From NCBI GenBank assembly GCA_965113315.1, contig OZ220364.1: a DNA stretch of 64,000 bases; one strand, 5' to 3'. The stretch is from Podarcis vaucheri (Eukaryota). The first letter of the stretch is position 1. Each line of letters opens with the position of its first letter. This document shows, piece by piece, positions 24,801-36,800 of the stretch. A program made the position numbers and the translations under genes. The notes under the pieces are model-generated. The model searched no databases. It was not told the DNA's origin and saw only the letters and a program-made list of their open reading frames with translations.

Positions 24801-27800
24801 TTTCCTATGCTTACCAAATCCAAGATACACACGGATGACAGCTAAGCCATTTTACGCTTGAATCCTTACAGAATTGTAGAATTGTGGTTTCTACCCATTT
24901 GCATAGAGCCTTGTTTGTAAATGCTTCTTTGCATAAAAAGTTCACTGCATGTCCCAAGAACATCCCTGCTGGTTCAGGCCAAAGGCCCGTTTCGTCCAAC
25001 ATCCTGTTCTCACAGTGGCTGCAAATGGGACTTGAGTACAACAGCACTTTCCACAATTCAAATTTCTAGCAACTGGTATTCAGAAGCAAGATGACTTTGA
25101 CAGTGTAGGCAGTACCTAGCCATTGCGGCTAGCGGCCAAGAATAGCCTCATCGTCCTTTAAAGTTATCCATGTTGTGTGTCATAAACTAGCACATTTAGG
25201 AGAAGACTACACTGGGCCTTAACTCACAGATGATGCTGAATTATTTTGTGCAGGGAACCTCTTCTGAATGGAGAGCATTCAAAAATGCGACCCGCTTTCT
25301 GGGTACAGTGTAGAATATTTGGCCCATGGGCTCCCAGCTTAGATAAAGGAAGCGGAGATAAACTCAGGAAACTGAGTGCTGGCATTCTGCCAGCATTCTG
25401 TCAGGGGTTGAAAATTATAGTAGGTGGTGGCACTGTTGAGAAATACTGCCTTATTTGAACACTGCACCATATGTACATTGCATTTTTGAAGCAAACGTTG
25501 ATAGAGGTTCTGGAGGGGGAAGGGGAGAGTGAGCTGGTGAAAGTGAATAAGGGGTGGAGTAAGCAAACATTGCAGTCTGCTCTTTTGCTCTGTCAGTCTG
25601 TAAACATAGCAGTGACAAATACTACTTATCAAACATTAAACTGCTCCGGGCTCTGTGAAAATGTAACTTCCATTCCCAAATGCCTTATCCAAGGGATTAA
25701 TTTCCAGAACTGCCGCATTATATGCACCTTAGTCACAGGGAGTTAACATGCTATGCTTTGCTGGCCCGTGCCCAACTAGCTTAACTGAAAAATCTGAATT
25801 TCAAAGTCTCTTCTGTATAGCCAGCTCTGTTCCTTCAAATTTATTAGTGTTCTACAGCAAATGAACAAAGGGAGGCTGAAGATTCTGGATGCATTAATCT
25901 TGTGCCCATATGGGAACATTGCAGATGAATGCATGGCAGTTTCTAGGCAGCAAATGCTTCGTTTCTTGGCACCTAATTTGGCTGTTTTACAGAATCAAAA
26001 GTGAAGCTGACCGTCTGTCTTGTGGTGATAATAGGTGCAGCTCAGACTGTAACGGACGAATGGGATACTGGGAAAGCAGGTTGCAGCCAACGTATGGGTG
26101 GCCTGTTTTGATGTTGGAAATACCTTAGATACATAATGTTGGGATTTGAATGGGCTTGGTCTGTTAGGTTTAAACTATTGGAGTTGATATATAAAACCAC
26201 CCTTTGCCATACACAAAGGTTTTATCAACTGAAGATTTCTTACATTTTCATTAGTGGGGTTTTTTTTTTTTTGGCCCTTCCTGTATCTCTTATTTGTAGA
26301 TTATAAATTTGATAGTTACGGACTTGGGAGTATACATATCCACATTATACACAGTGTAGACATCCATGTAGAGGTCAGGAGGGTGGCAACACAAGAATGG
26401 GCCTTCTCTGCAGTGGCTTCTTGTCTGTGTAATGCTCTCCCCAGGGAAGTTCGCCAGGCGCCTTCACTATACACCTTTAGGCACCAGGCAAAAATATTCC
26501 TCTTCAACCAGGCCTTTGCCTGACCTGACATCCTATACCCTTTTTAATATGCTGGCTCTTTCCCCCGGGGGTGGGGTGGGATCTGGTTTTTGTTTTTATT
26601 TTATGTAAGTGATTTTTAATGTGAACCGCCCTGAGACCTTCAGGTATAGGGCAGTATAAAAAGGCAAAGGATCCCTGACAGTTAAGTCCAGTTGCGAACG
26701 ACTCTGGGGTTGCAGCACTCATTTCGCTTTACTGGCCGAGGGAGCAGACGTTTGTCCGCAGACAGTTTTTCCGGGTTGTGTGGCCAGCATGACTAAGCCT
26801 CTTCTGGCAAAACCAGAGCAGCGCACGGAAACACCGTTTACCTTCCCGCTGGAACGGTACCTATTTATCTACTTGCACTTTGACGTGCTTTCAAATGGCT
26901 AGGTTGGCAGGAGCTGGGACCGAACAATGGCAGCTCACCCCGTTGTGGGGATTCAAACCGCCAATCTTCCGATTGACAAGCCCTAGGCTCAGTGGTTTAG
27001 ACCACAGCGCCACCTGTGTCCTTATAGGGTGGTATAGACATAAAATAAAACTGCAGAGGACCCCAACAGTATTTTTACACATCTATAAGAAGGGTAAAAC
27101 AGCAAACCTTAACCTGCAGAGTAGTCGTCGTGTTATTTCTGATGTTTTGCCTAGTGCTTGTATTAAGCCCTTGCAGATTAACTGTAGTTAACTGATTTAC
27201 AGTATCCTTGGTTCAAAAACTTGTATTTTGCTGAAATTTGTAGAAAATAGATTAGTTGGAAACACAGTGGGCTTAAGAGTGAAGCTAGCAAAATACGGGT
27301 CCTTATAGGGCATGACTGGGCACAGGCTTTCATCTATAACAGGGTGGAGCATCTTGGTATCCTAGTAAAAACATAGTATTTTAGCCTTTAAATGCAGAAC
27401 TTCTAAAAGCTTCATGCCAAGACTGCATCTGCACAAAACTTGCTTCCGTTACCAATTGGGATTTCTCCTACCAGTTATTTACTTGCCTCTACAACTTTGC
27501 TTGTATAGACTGCCGAACAATTTTAAGCAGAACTCTGGAGGTTTGGGATAAGCTTTTGCTTCCTGGTGTCTGAAGATATGCATGATAAAGTATTAGGGGG
27601 CAGTTGTATGTCAGACTCTGCTGCTGTAGTTTCTGGCTTGTAGCAAATACTGAAATCAGAAACAACGTTTTCCAATCTCTCTAGGGTAGCATGAATGTTC
27701 AAGTGAGCTATGGTGGTGATCCCATCCCCAGGAGTCCTTTCACTGTAGGTGTTGCCGCTCCACTTGACCTAAGCAAAATTAAAGTTAATGGCCTGGAAAA

Positions 27801-30800
27801 CAGTAAGTAACTTAAGTAACGCGAGCTTTTTTTTAAAAAAACTCATGTACAGAATAAACTTATCTGGACTGGAGGTCAAGATGCCAGTAGACACCTGAAT
27901 TGACAGATATCACTGTTTTGTGTGTTGTTTGAACTTCTGAGTTTGTTCAAACCTGAGAATTTAGGGTGGAGAAGGGTGTATGTATATGTTCTCGCTGTTA
28001 AACTGAAATTTGGCCGTTCTCTGCTTTGGAAAGAGCAGCCCATTTAAGGCAAGTACTTGAAGCGAGACTTCTGCCTGTATTGGCAATAAAAGAAGTTGCG
28101 AGCTTAAAGGTCAGCATTGACCCTAGGACTTTCCTTGGATAAGTCCCGTTCAATACCCAAAATGTGGGGTAAGGAAAAAAAAAAGGAAGGCGTTGAAGAT
28201 TTCCTGAGTTCCGCCCATTAACCATGGGGAAGCAGGAATCCTTCTGGTTCTAAACCCTTCACCAAACCTTCCTGTATGATGTTTGCTCTTGCTAAAAAGT
28301 TGGTTGGATACACTGAGATTGTTTGGAAGGTAGTTCCCATTTTCATCTGCTCCCCATCTGCAGTCTCTCTATGCTACATCCTGCAGTGTTTCCTTGGAAT
28401 TGGGGTTCCAGGAGTAAAGTGGAGAGGCAGGACAATAGGAAACAGCATTCCATGAACAGAGGGCTGCTCATGGATTGGATCCAAAGCATGCTTTATTTTT
28501 TAAAATGGATACACTGAGGGTCATGCAGAATTTTAGGTTGGCGATCATGTAGCACTCCAGATCCCATTTGATGACTTCCTGGAACATAGATGTGGAGATG
28601 ATACGTTTTGCTCTACTACAGACATAGGCAAACTCGGCCCGCCAGATGTTTTGGGACTACATCTCCCATCATCCCTGACCACTGGTCCTGCTAGCTAGGG
28701 ATGATGGGAGTTGTAGTCCCAAAACATCTGGAGGGCAGTTTGCCTATGCCTGCTCTACCACTTTTCCAAGCCATTACTTGAGTTGATTGGCTTTTAAAGA
28801 AGGTGCGTTTGAATTTTAAGAACTTGAAAGACCTGCAGGCTCCTGAAGGGAGTGTTCTACTATGAAATACATTGAGCTACAGTGAAGAGTTTTGCATCAG
28901 TGAGCACTGGACCTTCAGTTAACCAAACGTTAAACTGCCTTCTCCATTCTAGACTTTATGGTGAGGCAATGTGAAAATGGCCTATATAAAAAACGAGTAC
29001 CTTTAAAAAAAGTTCTCACCCTGTATGTTGTGTTATGTGACTGTTTTAAACACCTATTGCTCTCTGTTGATTCCCTCCCCCCCAAAAAATCACACCTTTC
29101 ATGGCAATATTGGTACAGAGCAAAATCCTGAATGTGTTTCAAAATGAATGTGTTCCAGTGAGCTGCAGGGGCAATTCTCCGTTCTACTGAGTTTGAGCAT
29201 TAACTCTGGGGTTGGCTTGTAAAATGAAATAGTAACTCAACATATTTTGGAATGTACAGTCTCCCTATGTCGTTGTATTGATAGCCGGTATGAATTTTGT
29301 TCTGAATATGACCTATGGTCAGTGTAGAGAAAGAGAACATGCCATAACTGAGTCTCCTTTCCTTTCTGAAGGAGTCGAAGTAGGGAAGGATCAAGAATTT
29401 CTAATTGATTCAAAAGGCGCTGGTGGACAGGGCAAACTTGATGTGAACATCTTCAGCCCCAGCAAGCAAGCCGTGCCATGTCTTGTGGAGCCTGTAGTAG
29501 GCAAAGAGTGCAGCACTGCAAAGTATATCCCACGGGAGGAGGGCCTTTATCTAGTTGATGTAAATTATGATGGGAATCCAGTCCCAGGAAGCCCTTACGC
29601 TGTGGAAGCCACTCTGCCACCAGATCCTTCCAAGGTAAGCTGTTACTAACCCTTGCTCCATGGGTGGGTGAGATTTGGATGCTTCCATTGCTTGGCAAGT
29701 TGTGATGTATGTGCATTACACTGTTGAAAAGTGTGACAAGTGTTATCTTTTAGCAGAAGCCCTTAGACGCAAATTTGGGGCATGGGCCCACAGACATAGA
29801 TGTGCATTTGCTAACCTTACATGAGTTTGAATTCAAATTTCACAGAAACTTAAACTTACTAACCACCCAAATTATTTAATTTGCACCCTCTCAGATCACC
29901 CCAGAGCACTTCCTCTTCAGTTAATTTGACCCAGTTTCCTAGCAGATCCTCCTTCAAATCAAATTGCCCCATTCATTACTCATTCAAATAGTCTATTGAT
30001 ATTTATCCCCCACCATTCAATTTCCCTCAAATTCATTATGGACTTAGAAATGTTCCAAAAGAGGTATAGTAATAGCCATGGATCTTAATTGTTTTCTCTT
30101 TTGGCGTTCTCATATATTACATATTGGTAAATTTGTTAGATTGTGCAATGAGTTGATATAAGACATTACAATTTACTCAGAATTATTTTGGATCATCTGT
30201 GATTACGCATTAATGTCAGGCGTTTTGGTAACGATCTAAGCTTCTACGTTATTTTAATGCATGTTGAGCCTTGTAATAGCTGGCAGGGTTAAAAGGCCTA
30301 TTTCTTTCGTAGTTCCTGTTGAAGAAATGTTGGCAATTTCTGAAGAAGTTAATGATAAATCACATGGGACCGTTTTAGCTCTTGTTTTCCTTTGTGCTGA
30401 TTGGGTCAACTCTCTTGCTTTCAAAACAGATTAGATTAATGAGAATCAAATTGGCGGCAATATGCTAATTAGGCCAACTGTTGTGCAATGTCGCTATGTT
30501 TTCAAAATCGAAGAAAAAAATGTTGAGCTTGAAATCTTGCTGACTTGTGATAACGATAACTTGTGATAGTGATGATAACAGTACCTTTGAGCTACTGCTC
30601 AACAGAAATACTGTTTGGTTCTTATACATTTATTTAGTGACTGCAGACCACTAACATAAGAGAACTCTAGAACTGGCTCCGATCCCTTCCTAGTTAAATA
30701 CTTAATTCAGCACTTTCCTGTCCTTCCCAGGTGAGAGCCTATGGTCCAGGTCTTCAAGGAGGCCTTGTTGGAAAGCCTGCTGAATTCACAATAGACACCA

Positions 30801-33800
30801 AAGGAGCTGGAACTGGTGGTCTGGGGTTGACAGTCGAAGGCCCGTGCGAAGCCAAGATAGAATGTTCCGATAATGGGGATGGCACTTGCTCAGTCTCTTA
30901 CCTGCCTACGAAACCTGGCGAATACCTTGTGAACATCCTCTTTGAAGATGTCCATATTCCTGGCTCACCTTTCAGAGCAGATGTTGAAATGCCGTTTGAC
31001 GCTTCTAAAGTAGTCGCCACAGGCCCTGGGCTTGAACGTGGCAAAGTGGGGGAAGCGGGCTTGCTGCACGTAGACTGCTCAGAAGCTGGGCCTGGGACTC
31101 TGGATATGGAAGCTGTGTCTGATTCTGGCTCCAAGGCAGATGTCGAGGTTCAGGATAACAAGGATGGAACCTACGCAGTTACATACGTCCCCCTTTCTGC
31201 CGGGATGTACACACTCAAGATGAAGTACGGCGGAGAACCAGTGCCAAACTTCCCTGCGCGGGTCAAAGTTGATCCGGCTGTGGACACAAGTCAAGTCAAA
31301 GTGTTTGGGCCAGGAATTGAAGGAAAAGGTATGCCTTCCTTAGTTTCTCTTTAGGTTTGTAGCACTTGTAGAATCTAGTTGGAAGGTACCCAAGAGTCAT
31401 CTAGTCCAACCCCCTGCAATGCAGAAATCTCAGAGCATCCATGACAGATGACCATCCAACCTCTGTTTAAAAACCTCCAAGGACAGAGAGTCCACCACCT
31501 CCTGAGGGAGTCCGTTCCACTGCCGAACAGCTCTTACTGTAAGAAAGTTTTTCTGAATGTTTAGTCGGAATCTCCTTTCTTGTAACTTGAAGCCATTGAT
31601 TTGAGTCCTACCCTCCAGAGCAGGAGAAAACAAGCATGCTCCCTCCTCCATGTGACGGCCCTTAAGATATTTGAAGATGGCTATCATATCTCCTCTAAAC
31701 ATACTCAGCTCCTTCAAGCTCTCCTCATAAGTCTTAGTTTCCAGACCCTTGATCATCTTGGTTGCCCTCCTCTGCACATGTTCCAGCTTGTCAACATCCT
31801 TCTTAAATTGTGGTGCCCAGAATTGCACACAAAATTCCAAGTGTGATCTGTCTAAGGCAGACTAGAGTGGTACTACTACTTTCCTTGATATGTATAAAAA
31901 AATTGTCCAGTGGCACCTTAGAGACCAACAAAGTTTGTTCTTGGTATAAGCTTTTGTGTGCATGCACACACTATACAGTGGTACCTCGGGTTAAGAACTT
32001 TGCCCCAGGATGAGAACAGAAATTGCGCGCTGGCGGCACGGTGGCAGCAGGAGTCCCCATTAGCTAAAGTGGTACCTCAGATTAAGAACGGGCCTCTGGA
32101 ACGAACTAAGTTCGTAACCAGAGGTACCACTGTACTTTTGTTGTCACTCGCATGACTCTTAGCCTGCATATCCCAGTACATGCTTAGATGTGCCCCTGGC
32201 AGTTCACAGTGCTTTCCAGGAAAGCACCCTTCCCGCTACCAAATCGCATGGCTCACTTCCTCATTTCTGTGGGTTGATAGTGACTCATGAGACTGTAGGA
32301 AAGCACCCTGGCAAAATATGGCTTAGGTGAGCAGGTTTGCCGGAAACTGCTTGGTTGGGATCATTCTTGCACGATACCATTTGGGTCTCTTGAGTACCAT
32401 TGCTGTCTCAGAGTGGCTGAACCTATTTCCATGCAGAAGCATGGAATTCTTGGACATGGTTCTGCCCAAAACAAAGCTGTTTCCCACCTTTATTTCATAG
32501 ATGTTTTCCGTGAAGCCACCACCGATTTCACCGTAGATGCTAGACCCTTGACCAAGACTGGCGGAGACCATATCAAAGCTCAGATTGCAAATCCCTCTGG
32601 AGCTTCCACAGACTGCCTCATCAAAGACAATGCCGATGGGACATATGCTGTAGAGTTCACGCCCTATGAAAGAGGTAAAGTCTGCTAGTTGCTACTGACT
32701 TTGGAAGAATAAGGGAGGAAATAGATTGTACTAAGCGGCACCATTCTATATTTTAACACACGTCGAAGGGCAGGCTTGCTCCAGGACAAGGGTAGCCAAC
32801 TTGATGACCTCCAGATGCTGCTAGACTAAAACACCCATCTTCCCTGACCATAGGCAATGCTAGCTGGCAGAGCCATAGCTAGGTGATCTTGCGCCCCTGG
32901 CAGAACCACCCATATTGTGCCCCCTAGCCATGGACAAATTAGCGCTTCTTTCTGCCTCTCCACCAACCCACCACCTTCCACCTATTTAATTCACCATAAA
33001 TTCGAAACCATTTCTTATGAGGCAATAATCAATATTTATACTTATGGACATATTTTTAGCCAATTTTTCACACACACCCCATTGCCTGCACCCCTGGTGG
33101 GGGCCCACCTCACCAACCCCTAGCTACGGTCCTGCTGGCTGGTGCTCATGGGAGTTGTAGTTGAACAACATGGGGAAGGCACTACATGTTCTAGAGCAGG
33201 CACCCCCAAACTCTGCCCTCTAGCTGTTTTGGGACTACAACTCCCATCATCCCTAGGTAACACAACCAGTGATCAGGGATGATGGGAACTGTAGTCTCAA
33301 AACATCTAGAGGGCCGAGTTTGGGATGCCGATCTAGAGTAAACTCTCTTGCATTCTGAAAATAGTTAATTCAAATAAGGTGGAGACTAATTGTCAAACAC
33401 CTGTGATGTAACTTTTGCAGGGCTTCAGAGACTTCCCCAGTAAACGTTCATCTTCTGCTTGCAGGTCCTCACACTGTTGAAGTAACCTATGATGACGTTC
33501 CTGTACCAAACAGCCCTTTCAGGGTTGATGTTACAGAAGGATGCCATCCTTCTCGGGTGGTGGCCCAAGGAGCTGGGCTACAAGAAGCCTTCACAAATAA
33601 ACCAAACCCATTCACTGTTGTCACTCGGTAAGTATGATGGACTGTATTCTGATACGTTAATGTGGGCAGAGTAAGCTGCGTATTTATAAAATAAAGTTGG
33701 AAGATCTGACTGTAGATGCATGAAGTAGAATTGCGGGTGTCCTTGCCTCTCCTCCCAAAGTAGGTGATTGACAGGGACATGCCATGGGCTAGGTACAAAT

Positions 33801-36800
33801 AGCAAGAAGCAACTTAGAGATCTTGACATTACCACAGGCTTAAACATTGTCATCTTCCTTACAAACCCGCCCACACACCTTCAACTCGCTGCTTTGATTC
33901 TTGATGACTTTCCCCAGACTGTCTTTGTGTGATTCACACGCCTGCCAAGTAATGTCCTCACCAATGACTTCAGAATTCCCCAGGCTAAATTGGACTTTAA
34001 ACTGAAGAAACCATTAATCAATCAACATGTAGACCTACCTGCATTACAGGTTCTTATTCTTCTCAACTGTCTAGTAGGCTACTGTCATTCTGAGAGAATG
34101 CAGCAGAGAACAATTAGTTGCAGTCATGCAAAGCAAAGTGGGCTCTTGACTTTAAAATGCTGTAACATGTTTCTGTTAACTGTTCCCCTCCCCTTTTCTT
34201 AAATGCTTGCAGAGGGGCTGGAATTGGCGGCCTTGGAATAACTGTTGAAGGACCCTCAGAATCCAAAATAAGTTGTAAAGATAACAAGGATGGCAGCTGC
34301 AGTGCAGAATATATTCCTTACGTTCCAGGAGACTATGATGTCAACATAACTTATGGGGGCGAACACATCCCTGGTAAGACACTTGCATCCTGAGGTTGGA
34401 TTCAAAGTAAAAGCCTGTGAACTCACTTTCATATTGGAGAACACTTCTTTTTTTTAAGGATGTTGTAATGTATAATGAAGGGTGGCGCTGTAGGTTAAAC
34501 CACAGAGCCTAGGGCTTGCTGATCAAAAGGTCGGTGGTTCGAATCCCTGTGACGGGGTGAGCTCCTGTTGCTCGGTCCCTGCTCCTGCCAACCTAGCAGT
34601 TCGAAAGCACGTCAAAGTGCAAGTAGATAAACAGGTGCCGCTCCGGCGGGAAGGTAAACGGCATTTCCGTGTGCTGCTGTGGTTCGCCAGAAGCGGCTTA
34701 GTCATGTTGGCCACATGACCCAGAAGCTGTCTGCGGACAAACGCCGGCTCCCTCGGCCTATAGAGCAAGATGAGCGCGCAACCCCAGAGTCGGTCACGAC
34801 TGGACCCAATGGTCAGGGGTCCCTTTACCTTTAATGTATAATAAATAATGTGCATTGCATTTGAAAAAGTCAACACATCATGCTTTTGCAAGAACATTCC
34901 CAGTGGGGACCAGGGTCTCATAGCAGAGCCTTTAGATTTTTGGGAATACAAAGCAAATAGCCATATTGACCTATAATACAATAGTAGTATATTTTTCTGC
35001 TATTTGACCGCTACATAAGAATTTGTCCACCTAGCTCAGTGTTGTCTACACTAACCAGCAGCAGCTCCCCAAGTTTTGAGTTTGGGGGTATCTGCCAGCC
35101 CTACCTGGATTGTCCGGAGTTTGAGAATCTGGGATTTCCTGCATGCGAAGCTGATGCTCTGCCACTGAGCCACTGCTCTACCCCAAATGTATCTAAAGAT
35201 TTTGTGGTGGGTGCTAGAACCAACTTTCAGTGCCCCAAAACCTATTTTTCTCACCTCATTAGAGCATCAAGTTCACATTGCATACAGTCCCATTTCAATT
35301 AAAAATTAATCCTTATCCATCTAAAATAGCCAGTATAAATCTGATTTAAGTTGCCCTTTTTATCAGGATAGTCATCAGTAGGGGACCAAGAGAGCAGTGT
35401 GAGAGGAGCTGGGCTGCTTAGGGATGGCTGTTGACGCACCTTTACACAAGTTGCTACATTCCCCTTTGTACTGAGCTAGCACTTGCTTCATTGGCAGGCA
35501 GTCCATTTAAGGTTCCTGTAAAAGATGTCGTTGACCCCTACAAGGTGAAAGTCTCTGGACCAGGCCTGGGAACAGCAGTCCGTGCCGGAATTCCCCAGTC
35601 GTTTACTGTAGATACAAGTAAAGCTGGGGTAGCACCACTTGAGGTTACAGTAACAGCGCCCAGAGGTAACGTGTTCCACTGCAATCGCTTGATATTTCTT
35701 TTAAATGAGTTGTATGATTAGCAGAAGTCATCACTTGGAAGCACTTGAATGGTAACTGGTAGGAGTTGAGTTGGAAGTACTAAGAAAAAGTAGCGTCGTG
35801 TACAGTTCTGAAGTACAAAGTTTTGGGTACTGCTGATATAGCTATTACTCTGTAGTGCTTCAGAAAGTTGGGAGCTTCAGTAATCAAGCTGCTCCTTTAT
35901 AACTCAGTTGGGAGTCTTCAAAGCAAGTCTAGTGTTTAAACAGACATAGGAGGACAGCAGTTTGAGTACAGTTGTACCTTGGAAGCTGAACGGAATACAT
36001 TCCGGAAGGCCGTTCGACTTCCAAAACGTTCGAAAACCAAATTGCAGCTTCTGATTGGCTGCAGGAAGTTCCTGCAGCCATTCAGAAGCTGCGGAAGCAC
36101 CATCAGATGTTCGGGTTCCAAAAGAACATTTGCAAACCGGAACAATCACTTCTGGGTTTGCGGTGTTCAGGAGCCAAAACGTACGAGTTCCAGGGCGTTT
36201 GACAACCAAGGTACGACTGTACATGAAACTTGGAGTGGAGCATATCTGGTCATTGAACAAACTTCTTGCACTAAGACAATATGCTTTTCAACCAACAATC
36301 CCGCTAACAAGTCATTGTAATCAAATCTTGCATAGAAAGCGGCAGACAGGAGTATTAATATTTGATTGTTTTCATGATATATTGATTTGCATTTTTGTTC
36401 TGTTCTGAGCCGCTATGAGAACATAAATTTAAATAATAAAAGCAAATGGTACATGCTGATCCAAATATATTAATGTTGGGGTTTTGTTTTTTAAAAAATC
36501 AAGGTAGCTCAGGTAAAAATAGTACTATATACTCTTAGGGTGGTGAGAAATGGCCTAGGATCACCTGACAGCTGAACGGGGGTAATCTGCGTTTTGAAAC
36601 ACTTCTTGGCTACCTTGAAGGGCCGCTTACAACCTGTTAAAGATACACCACCGCTTACTCTGTATTTGTGAATGTACTAGAAAATGTTAAGGTGGTTATC
36701 TCTTTGGCAACAAGTTCATTGAGCTGCCCTTGGTCCTATCCACTCCTGTGAGACGTAAGTGTCTGGCTGCCTTCTCTGTGAAGTGCCCTGATCCTTGATA

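Noticed and set aside
31430-31840. 136-aa minus-strand ORF as a nested gene
   Set aside because: It is the C-terminus of CR1 ORF2 from a 5'-truncated LINE.
34523-34981. Recurring ORF peptides such as [18 protein letters not shown] (also at 26880 and 49612)
   Set aside because: These are antisense translations of Sauria SINE copies, not a protein family.
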